The notes under the pieces: generated by a model
Database searches by the model: none
What the model saw: the letters and a program-made list of their open reading frames with translations, nothing else
Told to the model about the DNA's origin: nothing
Position numbers and translations under genes: made by a program
IMG/VR virus record: IMGVR_UViG_3300044622_000297
DNA: 64,000 nt
Origin: an uncultured virus (IMG/VR IMGVR_UViG_3300044622_000297)
Lineage: Duplodnaviria; Heunggongvirae; Uroviricota; Caudoviricetes
Strand: one strand, 5' to 3'
Shown here: one piece after another, positions 1-8,566 of the stretch
How positions within the stretch are numbered: position 1 is the first letter of the stretch
How the letters are laid out: every line of letters starts with the position of its first letter

Positions 1-732
1 TGGTAACCAAACTCCCATGTCGCGTAACTTCTTTACATGAGTATTTAATTCATCCCAGGTCGCATCGTTATTATTTACGACGAACTTTAGTATGCCAGAT
101 GTAGTTAGTTCTTGGTACTGGAAAATGTTCTCGTATTTAACTGCGTTCTTCTCTCCTGCTACATTGTATAGCTTAGGCGAGATGTTGAAGTGAATGTCGG
201 GCGGAGCGTCACCGTTCACTACATAATCTTGTAGCACCCTCTGTAACGGCTTAGTTCCGTTTGTTTCAACTTGAATTGTTAGTTCGTTGTCAGCACAATT
301 TATCTCGCGCATGATGTCAACCATTGCTTTTTGTTGTAGCATTGGTTCGCCACCAGTAAAGCAAAGGTCAATCATGTTCTCAGTAACCGGATGTTCCCAC
401 TTGTTGCCTTCGTACAAGAACGGTTTCAGATCTTCTACTAATGCCGCAGCATCTTTGTATTCGGTCCATAGATGTTTAAACTTGGGATCAATTGAATATA
501 ATGAATCACATCCAACCGGAATGACGGGTAATTCACTGAGATTTTTATAATCTGCTGGGTTAAGTGGGATTGGTCTCGTCCAAGTTTTTTCATTGGTTGG
601 ATCCGGTTGAAAAAAGCCCCCACACCGAAGATTACAACCGCCAAAACGGATCCAAATACTTAATCGGCCGGCCATGTCCCCTTCGCCCTGAATTGATCTA
701 AATATTGGTTCACCTAATCTTATTTTACTCAC
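1..732 (-). CDS. queE: 7-carboxy-7-deazaguanine synthase QueE (radical SAM), 3' end outside window
   Basis: Not in ORF track. Manual translation from GTG at 732: MSKIRLGEPIFRSIQGEG..IRFGGCNLRC..GCDS..FTGGEPM..VETNGT..ISPKL. Open to position 1; adjacent to queD. Confidence 0.9.
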   Translation of the reverse strand, partial: MSKIRLGEPIFRSIQGEGDMAGRLSIWIRFGGCNLRCGGFFQPDPTNEKTWTRPIPLNPADYKNLSELPVIPVGCDSLYSIDPKFKHLWTEYKDAAALVEDLKPFLYEGNKWEHPVTENMIDLCFTGGEPMLQQKAMVDIMREINCADNELTIQVETNGTKPLQRVLQDYVVNGDAPPDIHFNISPKLYNVAGEKNAVKYENIFQYQELTTSGILKFVVNNNDATWDELNTHVKKLRDMGVWLP

Positions 733-761
733 AGTTAATTTACCTTCTCAAATGAAAATTT

Positions 762-1226
762 TTATTCTCGCACCCACATAGCGGAGTTACTTGGTGTTTC
801 CCTTACTTCGACTTTTTCAAGCCTAACTCTGTTGTTACCATAGCCATTCTCTGGCAACCAAATTTCTTCTAAGTACTCAGCTAAGAATTTTGACAGCCCT
901 TCGCATCCAGTGCGTTCTACGACAACCATGTTAATCAATTTCTTCTTGTGCATGTCTTCAAACAATGCAAACTCTGGATCGTCTTGTGCGACCAAGCAAG
1001 TATGGTCAAACCATTCTTCAAGCTTGTCCTTAAAGGACTTTAGTGACCCAAAATCTACAACCCAATTACGAGCGTCTAAATCATGTTCGTCGCATGAGAA
1101 CTCTAAGTGAAACCCAAGCGAGTAACCGTGAATTAGTCTGCAATGAGACTCTGCTTTCCATTGGCGATAAGCTACAGCAAAGCCGCGCTCTGCTCCGTAT
1201 GTTTTAGTTGATACAAATCTTGACAT
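762..1226 (-). CDS. queD: 6-carboxytetrahydropterin synthase QueD
   Basis: HCRLIHGYS, VVDFG, FDH and ETPSN motifs. Confidence 0.9.
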   Translation of the reverse strand: MSRFVSTKTYGAERGFAVAYRQWKAESHCRLIHGYSLGFHLEFSCDEHDLDARNWVVDFGSLKSFKDKLEEWFDHTCLVAQDDPEFALFEDMHKKKLINMVVVERTGCEGLSKFLAEYLEEIWLPENGYGNNRVRLEKVEVRETPSNSAMWVRE

Positions 1227-1681
1227 TATTTCATCCTTTTGTAGTTACCTAACTGCTGCTGTGCTAGTGCCGACGCCTTTTTCATTACTTCGTCTGCCGG
1301 ACCCGGAACATGTGGTTTTGGCTTCGAGTATGTCATCCACTTGCCTACCTTAGCTAGCTTCTTTCGTTTTGCTACGTCAAGGCCAACTTCGGTAATACCA
1401 ATGTCGCTTTCCATAACCAGCTGAATCATAGCTAATATATCGCCGAGCTCTTCTTCTAACCTTTGCGCATGAGATTGGTCTTCTTTGTGCATACTCATTT
1501 CGTTAATGCCAAAGCGTTTTATCTTACAAATTTCTTGAATGGTCTCACCGCATTCTTCAACGAGAATAGTCAGACATTCTTCTTGATAATTGTTTAGTCC
1601 TGATTGTGACATATGGTTCTCCCAAATATTATTAACATCGGCTTCGATTGCTTCTGTTCTAGTCGGACTCGGATCACTCAT
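1226..1681 (-). CDS. MazG-like NTP pyrophosphohydrolase
   Basis: EECGETIQ...LEEELGDIL all-alpha NTP-PPase motif. Confidence 0.7.
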   Translation of the reverse strand: MSDPSPTRTEAIEADVNNIWENHMSQSGLNNYQEECLTILVEECGETIQEICKIKRFGINEMSMHKEDQSHAQRLEEELGDILAMIQLVMESDIGITEVGLDVAKRKKLAKVGKWMTYSKPKPHVPGPADEVMKKASALAQQQLGNYKRMK

Positions 1682-1866
1682 TTCTTAAACTCCATGTGCG
1701 GTACGATATCGTTATCAAATATTTGAGCCATGTCATTCCACAGCGCCTTACGCTCGTCGTCTGACATTCCAGACGAGATTACTGAGTCTGGATCTTTAGC
1801 TAGCCCATAGTCATGACGCCAAGTATAACACATACTAGTAATAATTTGTTCTCTTGTTAGTGCCAT
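1678..1866 (-). CDS. hypothetical protein
   Basis: ORF overlap-coupled to neighbours in - strand operon. Confidence 0.6.
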   Translation of the reverse strand: MALTREQIITSMCYTWRHDYGLAKDPDSVISSGMSDDERKALWNDMAQIFDNDIVPHMEFKK

Positions 1867-2081
1867 TTAGTTTCACCACATAAATTACAGTCGTATGCAT
1901 CGTCGTTGTGTCCGTGGCCAGCATAACGCCAACCCTTGTTATGCGGACACTTGCCTTGCAGAATAAGAAACGTTTGTTCTTCTTCAGAAGGAGTAAGCCA
2001 CTTCATAATATCATAGTACTGCTTATCCTCGTAATCAGTTTTTGCCAATCTTATCTCCAGCTTAGTACCACGTGCGGCCAA
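1857..2081 (-). CDS. hypothetical protein, possible Zn ribbon
   Basis: CPH...CNLC; operon packing. Confidence 0.55.
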   Translation of the reverse strand: MAARGTKLEIRLAKTDYEDKQYYDIMKWLTPSEEEQTFLILQGKCPHNKGWRYAGHGHNDDAYDCNLCGETKWH

Positions 2082-2353
2082 ACATCTTTCTTTTCGTCGT
2101 ACACATATTTGATCTTAAACGAAGTGCAGACACCATCGACTACATGTTGTCGTCCTTGCCGCATTGCGTCACTAAAACAATCATCTAATACAGCTATAGT
2201 AGCATACTGCGGCACAAAGATCAAACAATTCGAATTACTTTGATCTTCGTAAACCATAACGTGGAAATCTTCGGACAACGGACCTTTCCAATTGTGATCA
2301 GTCTTCTTACGCATTACTGCGCCGTCTAAATCGTCTGGCAAATGCTTAAACAT
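2051..2353 (-). CDS. hypothetical protein
   Basis: operon packing. Confidence 0.55.
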   Translation of the reverse strand: MFKHLPDDLDGAVMRKKTDHNWKGPLSEDFHVMVYEDQSNSNCLIFVPQYATIAVLDDCFSDAMRQGRQHVVDGVCTSFKIKYVYDEKKDVWPHVVLSWR

Positions 2354-2846
2354 TGTGTTCTCCTTTTATCCACCAATCTTCCCAAGGAAATACTATCCAT
2401 CGGTCTTCTTCTGCTTTGTTGATGGTCGTCCCGCAATACTCCACTGCGTGTGCGCTCTTGCTAGCCTCGTTCTCGACAATAGTGGCAAAGCGAACGTTAT
2501 CGCCCCATTTGATAGGATCGCCAGCCCACTGCCAATCTTTAAGAATCCAATTAATAGTTGCTCCAGTATCGTTAATGTCGTCCACAATAAGTATCTTCTT
2601 GCCTTCTTGTGCCAACTCTGCTGCCCAGCAGTTTGATTCTGGTCCATAATCTCCTCCGTCACGCAGACTCACATCGAGCCCGACCATCTTTACGCCTAGG
2701 TACTGACTAAGCATGACAGCAGGTAGAGCGCCACCACGTGTAATGCCAATGATAAGCTCAGGGCTCCAAGCATCCTTAACCATCTGTCTGATAATTTCAT
2801 TACAGTATCCTTCTAACTGTGCCCAACTAATCAGTTGCTTTTTCAT
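2346..2846 (-). CDS. type I phosphoribosyltransferase (Gpt/xanthine-guanine PRTase-like)
   Basis: GITRGG, ILIVDDINDTGAT PRPP-binding loop, WIVFPWE C-terminus. Confidence 0.9.
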   Translation of the reverse strand: MKKQLISWAQLEGYCNEIIRQMVKDAWSPELIIGITRGGALPAVMLSQYLGVKMVGLDVSLRDGGDYGPESNCWAAELAQEGKKILIVDDINDTGATINWILKDWQWAGDPIKWGDNVRFATIVENEASKSAHAVEYCGTTINKAEEDRWIVFPWEDWWIKGEHNV

Positions 2847-3108
2847 GTTGTATGCTCGATTCGTAAATTATGATATCGTGAAACGCCAGGCGAAACATTG
2901 TTGATACTTCTTCATTGTAGTAGATAGTAATTACTGTTGGTTCGTACTTGCCGGCGACACGGTAAGGTTTTCCTGATACTGTTATCTCTTCGACTCTCTG
3001 TATTCTGAATTCGATTACAAATTCGGTACTGTCCATAGTCCTTTCAGCGAAAGAAACTACTTCCCGTAGGCGATCGGAGATGTTGAATAACGCAAAGGAG
3101 GTAATCAC
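2827..3108 (-). CDS. hypothetical protein
   Basis: operon packing. Confidence 0.5.
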   Translation of the reverse strand: MITSFALFNISDRLREVVSFAERTMDSTEFVIEFRIQRVEEITVSGKPYRVAGKYEPTVITIYYNEEVSTMFRLAFHDIIIYESSIQHEKATD

Positions 3109-3404
3109 GCCATTTCCTTAGGGAAGTTATGGTAAATGATAGCATTCGGCCATTTAATCATTAACACCAATGCTGATCCAATGGTGTCTTCGTTGAAGAA
3201 GATCCTACCTAGGTTATTACAGTCACCGGAGTAAAAGTGTATCCTTCGATGACCAAACATAACAACAGGCTTGTCATCTTCCCATCCGCCTGTCTTGCGG
3301 TTCCATACCTGGTGTGCACCTGACTTCGCTACAGTAGCTTCTTGAATAAGTAGCCACTCCGAAATATCTTTGGTCAGTTCTAAGTCAGCGTGGTATTCTT
3401 TCAC
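3105..3404 (-). CDS. hypothetical protein
   Basis: operon packing. Confidence 0.55.
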   Translation of the reverse strand: MKEYHADLELTKDISEWLLIQEATVAKSGAHQVWNRKTGGWEDDKPVVMFGHRRIHFYSGDCNNLGRIFFNEDTIGSALVLMIKWPNAIIYHNFPKEMA

Positions 3405-3405
3405 T

Positions 3406-3903
3406 TTATCTCTTCAGAGCCTCTAAAGTAATGATACGGGATAACGCTAAATGAATTTCTTCGTCCTCAGGAACAACATGCATTGTTACAATAGACTGGT
3501 CGTGCACGTCATCGTAACGGTTTGTCTCTATTACGATCCCGCCGGTGGCCGAATACAAGTTGAACGAAACACTCCGTGATTGCAAAGGGTTGTCTTCCTT
3601 ATCGCGCCGTTTGACTCTCGGAAATTCTTCTTCTGCCTCGTTCCCGCAGTCCACCAGTTGGCCAACATGGTCAAATTGATACCTGTCACCTTCTCGTAGC
3701 CAAGACATAACTTTCTTGCGTAGTTTTATAAACATTGGTTTCTTTCGTAGTTTATTTGGCGTTGCTGTGTGAGTTAAAGATACTACTTTTGATGTTTCAA
3801 ATGGCCAGCTCAACGGACTAGGCAATGCGCGTACCTTCGGCCTTCTTCGGCTAACAGTCCCGCCCATGGTGCCCATTGCGCGGCCCGCCCCGTTAGTTGC
3901 CAC
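3406..3903 (-). CDS. hypothetical protein (start uncertain)
   Basis: ORF directly after folE. Confidence 0.6.
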   Translation of the reverse strand: MATNGAGRAMGTMGGTVSRRRPKVRALPSPLSWPFETSKVVSLTHTATPNKLRKKPMFIKLRKKVMSWLREGDRYQFDHVGQLVDCGNEAEEEFPRVKRRDKEDNPLQSRSVSFNLYSATGGIVIETNRYDDVHDQSIVTMHVVPEDEEIHLALSRIITLEALKR

Positions 3904-4573
3904 TGTGCCCTTTCATCGTGCTCAGTATAGCATAGAACTCGTTTCGCAACACTGGATCGTCATGGAATGCGCCAAGCATAATACTTGTAGTCATATCGCT
4001 TTCGTGCTCACGAACTCCGCGATGTGTCATACAGTGGTGCGTTGCTTTAACAACCACTGCGATATGCTCGGTCTTTGCATACGCTTTCAGCGAGTCAGCA
4101 ATCTGCGAAGTCATCTCTTCTTGAATCTGTGGACGTTCAGCAATGTGTTGAATGAGCCTGTTAAATTTGCTTAGGCCAATTACTTCCTTGTCAGGCACGA
4201 TACCGACCCACGCATTGCCTACAATGTTTTGTAGATGGTGAGCGCAAGTAGAGCGGATAGATATAGGACCGCTTGTGTAAAGGCTCTTGTATCCCATGTT
4301 AGGAAATGCGGTGATCTTTGGTGCTGCATGGTATCGACCTCCGAACACTTCCTTGATGTACATCTTTGCAACACGACGAGCAGTTTCGTTTGTGTTGTGG
4401 TCGTTAGCAGTATCGATAACTAAGCTTTCTAGTACCTCTTGCATTTTTTCTTCTACTTCTGCTTGTAGCATCGGCAGTTCTCCGTCTAGGATATAATCGG
4501 AGATGTTATCGTTGCTGTGGTAACGAGTACCCGAATCTTCTAGACGCTTTTTGATTGTTTTTGAAATGGACAT
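3893..4573 (-). CDS. folE: GTP cyclohydrolase I
   Basis: ETARRVAKMY, STCAHH, IGLSKFNR, RPQIQE, HHCMTHRG. Confidence 0.95.
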   Translation of the reverse strand: MSISKTIKKRLEDSGTRYHSNDNISDYILDGELPMLQAEVEEKMQEVLESLVIDTANDHNTNETARRVAKMYIKEVFGGRYHAAPKITAFPNMGYKSLYTSGPISIRSTCAHHLQNIVGNAWVGIVPDKEVIGLSKFNRLIQHIAERPQIQEEMTSQIADSLKAYAKTEHIAVVVKATHHCMTHRGVREHESDMTTSIMLGAFHDDPVLRNEFYAILSTMKGHSGN

Positions 4574-4624
4574 GAAATTTCCTAATAGTAAATAAGTGTA
4601 ACTGTATTTAGATCTTAAGTCAAG

Positions 4625-5692
4625 TTATTTGAAATTGTTAACCAAACCGTCTGCGCTAAAGTAATGGGTTGTTAGAGCCTCGGCTTGCTGCTCTAATAAC
4701 TTCTTCCTTGTGTCAAAGTTCTCGATATGGTCCATGATTGTTTTAACGATCTCTGCTCGATGTTCCATATATAGATCCCAATCTTTTGTCCATTCGCTTG
4801 GATATTTGAACGCTTTAAAATACATTTCTTTGTAAGAAAGACGATCCGGAACCATCGGTATAGCTCCGACTAGTGCACCTTCGTAACAACCAATGCCTAG
4901 AGTTTCTTGTAAGGAAGCCGAGAACACAATCTTGGCCTCACCTAATAGCTTGTGATATTCGTCCTTAGTGAGTTGCTTGTCTTGGCAAACAACAAATTCG
5001 TATTGAGGTAGCAGTTTGGCTAAGTCGCGGAAGATCTCAACTTGCTTTTCTGGAGCAATGCGATGCGGGAATAGTATTAGATTGCTCTTTTCTATGTTCT
5101 TGTATGGAACAAGGACGTCTGACATATATTCCATCGGCCATCCTGTGCGAACAATCTTTTTATCATCGATATATCGAGTAGCGAAACTTCCATTGGTGTT
5201 CAGTAAGTTCCAAGTAAAGATTTCGATATGGAAGTCGGTGGCAAAGTAGTTGTAGTCAACAGCGTGGAAAAAGGATTTCTCAGCATTCCTGACCCAAGGC
5301 GCATGACCAATTAGCCGGCCAAGGAAGTCAGCGGGGTCGTAACTACCGGCATGCCACAATGCATGAATCTTTACAGGGATGCCGAGCAGCTCGCTCATAT
5401 ACTTCAGGTTGATAATACCAGGATGCCAAGCATCTGTGAAAAGAAAATGATCGCCTGCCTGTATCTTGTTATCGCAAAACAAGCGGCTAATCTTTTCTAC
5501 CTGCACAGCCTTGTAAACATTAGTGCCACCGAAGTTCAAGAACGCACCCGGTGAAGTAGCAGGCGGAATGTCGGTCGGTCCTTCAATGACGGTAACTTCG
5601 TGTCCAGCTTTACGCAGCAACTCTGGAACATGAATTTTCCATTGTCCGGTGTATCTTGTAGGTACAGATTCTAGATCGACAATGTAAATCAT
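4625..5692 (-). CDS. GT-B (GT4-like) glycosyltransferase
   Basis: FPHRIAPEKQ and SASLQETLGIGCYEGALVGAIP (E-x7-E motif). Confidence 0.75.
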   Translation of the reverse strand: MIYIVDLESVPTRYTGQWKIHVPELLRKAGHEVTVIEGPTDIPPATSPGAFLNFGGTNVYKAVQVEKISRLFCDNKIQAGDHFLFTDAWHPGIINLKYMSELLGIPVKIHALWHAGSYDPADFLGRLIGHAPWVRNAEKSFFHAVDYNYFATDFHIEIFTWNLLNTNGSFATRYIDDKKIVRTGWPMEYMSDVLVPYKNIEKSNLILFPHRIAPEKQVEIFRDLAKLLPQYEFVVCQDKQLTKDEYHKLLGEAKIVFSASLQETLGIGCYEGALVGAIPMVPDRLSYKEMYFKAFKYPSEWTKDWDLYMEHRAEIVKTIMDHIENFDTRKKLLEQQAEALTTHYFSADGLVNNFK

Positions 5693-5952
5693 AGCTGCTC
5701 CAATGTTCTTACTGGTCGAGTAATTGTTTCTGTAGTTTCGACGATAGTTAGGTTATTCTTAGCCCACTTCCATTGCGCTCGCATCTCAGATTCTAATGCT
5801 TTAGTTAGGCCAACACCCATATGGCTTCTATACTGCCACAGGCGATCGATCTCTAAGATCATCTCGCCCCATTCGGTCCCGTCAAGCTCTGCAAATTCTA
5901 TTAGCTGGGTGTAGTCTTCTTTACTCATTGATGTCATCATGGCGCTATCCAA
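5689..5952 (-). CDS. hypothetical protein
   Basis: operon packing. Confidence 0.5.
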   Translation of the reverse strand: MDSAMMTSMSKEDYTQLIEFAELDGTEWGEMILEIDRLWQYRSHMGVGLTKALESEMRAQWKWAKNNLTIVETTETITRPVRTLEQL

Positions 5953-6410
5953 TTCAGATCAAGTGGCTCTACTACATACCGGTCGAAGTGTAAATCTTTG
6001 AAGTATTCAAGTAGAGTATCATTAGGTAATTCTCTTGTGTAATCGTAACTCAGTGTAATGTGTGGAAGGTAGCTTGGCCAATCGTGCGTTGCTCCGTGAT
6101 TCTCTTTAATCTCGTTGTGTAGATCGTGGAGCTCTAGGCTTGCTAACTTTACTACAAGACACATGGAACCGTCTGCGTTAGGAAGAACAGCAAACTCAGA
6201 TCCATGTGCCTTAAGCGGAAGCTTTACTGGTAAGTCTTTAATCTCTGCGCATTCTTTTCTGCTGTAGATGACTGTTACATGAAGGTCACGGACGCTAGTC
6301 GAGTTCTCAATGTTTAGCATCCCTGTGATCGCTGCAATGCGAGTTTTAGTGTTGTCACACGGTATCATCTTTGCGTAAGTACCAATACGCCGTTCAACGT
6401 CGGGTTTCAT
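5937..6410 (-). CDS. 2H phosphoesterase, Acb1/T4 gp57B-like (candidate anti-CBASS)
   Basis: two HxT motifs LHVTVIYS and PHITLSYD; 157 aa. Confidence 0.8.
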   Translation of the reverse strand: MKPDVERRIGTYAKMIPCDNTKTRIAAITGMLNIENSTSVRDLHVTVIYSRKECAEIKDLPVKLPLKAHGSEFAVLPNADGSMCLVVKLASLELHDLHNEIKENHGATHDWPSYLPHITLSYDYTRELPNDTLLEYFKDLHFDRYVVEPLDLNWIAP

Positions 6411-6622
6411 TACTTCTTATTATGTACAGGCCTGTTTTTACTCTTCAGAAACTTTTGCCACAACGGGCTAGAGTTCTTGTACAAGTCCGCCTCATTGAAA
6501 GCTACTTGCGGATACTGTAAGCGTACCCAATCACGATACTCCTCAAGGTCATTGTAAATCTGCGTAACCTCAGGTTTCATACGAAGGTACTTCACATTGT
6601 ACTTCTCGACTGTTACAGCCAT
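6410..6622 (-). CDS. hypothetical protein
   Basis: AGGAG RBS, coupled to next gene. Confidence 0.65.
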   Translation of the reverse strand: MAVTVEKYNVKYLRMKPEVTQIYNDLEEYRDWVRLQYPQVAFNEADLYKNSSPLWQKFLKSKNRPVHNKK

Positions 6623-6696
6623 TTTGTTGCTCCTAGTGCTAGTTAAAGTTAAATTTTGATAAACTGGATAAATAATGATAGCGATATGGAACTTCT

Positions 6697-7422
6697 ATGC
6701 CACTAATACTTATACCTACAACTAATGATACTTGTTTTTATTGCGGAAAGCAAGCCTTTTTTGTGTCTGTGAACACCAAAACTAAACGATGTACCGAAAA
6801 GGTAAATCAATGTCCGGGAGTAATTTCTAAGATGAAACAATCTCGAACCTCTAACGGGTTTGATATAAAAGCTCATATGAAAAATATGAGCATCCGAGGA
6901 AACGAAAAGTTAAAAGAACTACATACCGACGAAGATTGGGTTAAAAATAAAGGTAATAAAATATCTGCCAAGGTAAAGGAAAGGGGCGGTCATTCTGGAA
7001 TCAACAATCCAATGTATAACAAAAAACATAAAAATTCAACAATACAAAAGTTGGCATTAGCTGCTAATAACAGAAATCCGCAATGCTATATTCAAGCCAC
7101 AAATACTAAAATTCTCAATGGTAATGCTGTCTCTAAGGAATTAAAGTCTGATTGGGAATTATATGAAGAACAAGTTGATAATATCACTAGAATTAGTTGG
7201 ATAAAACATAAAAATTTAATAAATCCTTACAAGCTCCCTAGGGGCAAGCAATATGAGCTTGATCATAAATTTAGTAAATATGAAGGATTTATAAATAAAG
7301 TTCCTCCAGAGATAATAGGGCATTATGCTAATCTTGAAGTAGTCCCAAAGCAATTAAATAGATCAAAGAGTAGCAACTCTTCTATCAGTTTAACTGAGCT
7401 TTATGAAAGAATAAACTCGTAA
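6697..7422 (+). mobile_element. free-standing HNH homing-endonuclease-like gene, antisense insertion
   Basis: N-terminal CxxC..C..C, NUMOD3-like NNPMYNKKH, C-terminal LDH..NLEVVPKQLNRSKS; ATAAATA at 6668-6674; AT-rich. Confidence 0.7.
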
Positions 7423-7850
7423 TGTGCTCCATTTTCTCCATCTTCACTTATGTCAATTATTACATTACGGTCAGGGTATTTAATTGCTATTTGAAGGTAT
7501 AAGTCCTCGGTCATCATCTCGCAACTTTTATTGTTTAGTTTTAGAACTCCTTCATTGGCATATAATGATTCCAGCCAGCGTTTGAATTGTATAAATTCAA
7601 TCGAACGGTCGTTGTGCTTAACTTCGATGTGTACTTTAAAGTGAAAGGTATGTCTGTGAGGTGAAGCAAGAAAACTCACGTCATATTGGTCACCGGTGGC
7701 GAGAGTGGGGTCGGTTGCTGCTGCTGGATAGGCGTGGATGCCTTCTTTGCGAAAGGTGGCCCAGATGTATCGTGCTGCGCGATTCATGTTGTTCATTGCG
7801 CGATCACGCCTTGCCGCTACTACGTTTAGTTCAGTGATGTTATCGTTCAT
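7401..7850 (-). CDS. QueD-like (T-fold, PTPS-like) protein
   Basis: EGIH, PHRHTFHFKV, DRSIEFI, SCEM, EDGENG. Confidence 0.65.
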   Translation of the reverse strand: MNDNITELNVVAARRDRAMNNMNRAARYIWATFRKEGIHAYPAAATDPTLATGDQYDVSFLASPHRHTFHFKVHIEVKHNDRSIEFIQFKRWLESLYANEGVLKLNNKSCEMMTEDLYLQIAIKYPDRNVIIDISEDGENGAHYEFILS

Positions 7851-8386
7851 TTTAGCATCTTATCTTCGTTGTATTTGTCCCATGAAGTAAAACTGTCGAT
7901 GTCCATAAGTTTGTCTAACCTGTGACACCAGACCCCCGGATTCGTAGCATCGAATCCTTTGTCGTCGATCTTTATAGTTGTATTATAGTTGAGAAGTTTG
8001 ATGTAGGGCAACTTAATTGAAATCATTGGGATGAATCGACGCTGTTCGGTTAGCCCGCCTTCAAGCAAGTTTTCAACTTGTTTGACATCTAAGTCAAGCG
8101 TTACCCAATACCCGTGGTCTAACCAAATGTCAATCATGTCTTCCCAAGTGCGCCAGTCGTCAGCTGTAACAGGATTAAAAGATTGGTTGGCTCCGAAGTA
8201 AATATGCCGAATTGGATGAGCAATAGAATCGCCTTCTTCTATCGATTGTCTGATCTGTTCTTCGGCCTGGAGCCCCACGACAAATAATGTGCCCATCCCT
8301 TTAGCCGGCGAATGTTCAACTTCAATGCCAGTAAAAAATGCTGCTTGAACTTGCTTGTTTGGCGCGTTAGCGTAATCTCTTTTCAT
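7847..8386 (-). CDS. hypothetical protein in the deazaguanine cluster
   Basis: 179 aa ORF coupled to both neighbours. Confidence 0.7.
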   Translation of the reverse strand: MKRDYANAPNKQVQAAFFTGIEVEHSPAKGMGTLFVVGLQAEEQIRQSIEEGDSIAHPIRHIYFGANQSFNPVTADDWRTWEDMIDIWLDHGYWVTLDLDVKQVENLLEGGLTEQRRFIPMISIKLPYIKLLNYNTTIKIDDKGFDATNPGVWCHRLDKLMDIDSFTSWDKYNEDKMLK

Positions 8387-8562
8387 TTTGCTTTCTCTCC
8401 TAAAGATTTAAGTTCGATTATAAGGTCTTTAGCGAATAGCTTTTTCTTCTTAAGCTCAGTAATAGTTAAATCGTCTGCGTTGCGTTTTTCTGCTGCGGTT
8501 AGTTCTTTTTCGAGTTCGGCATGAACTTCCATTAAATGGTCAATCCTACGTTCATACGACAT
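8383..8562 (-). CDS. DUF465/YdcH-like small coiled-coil protein
   Basis: H.EL..., ITELKKKKLFAKD.I pattern; start taken at MSYERR. Confidence 0.6.
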   Translation of the reverse strand: MSYERRIDHLMEVHAELEKELTAAEKRNADDLTITELKKKKLFAKDLIIELKSLGEKAK

Positions 8563-8566
8563 GCTG

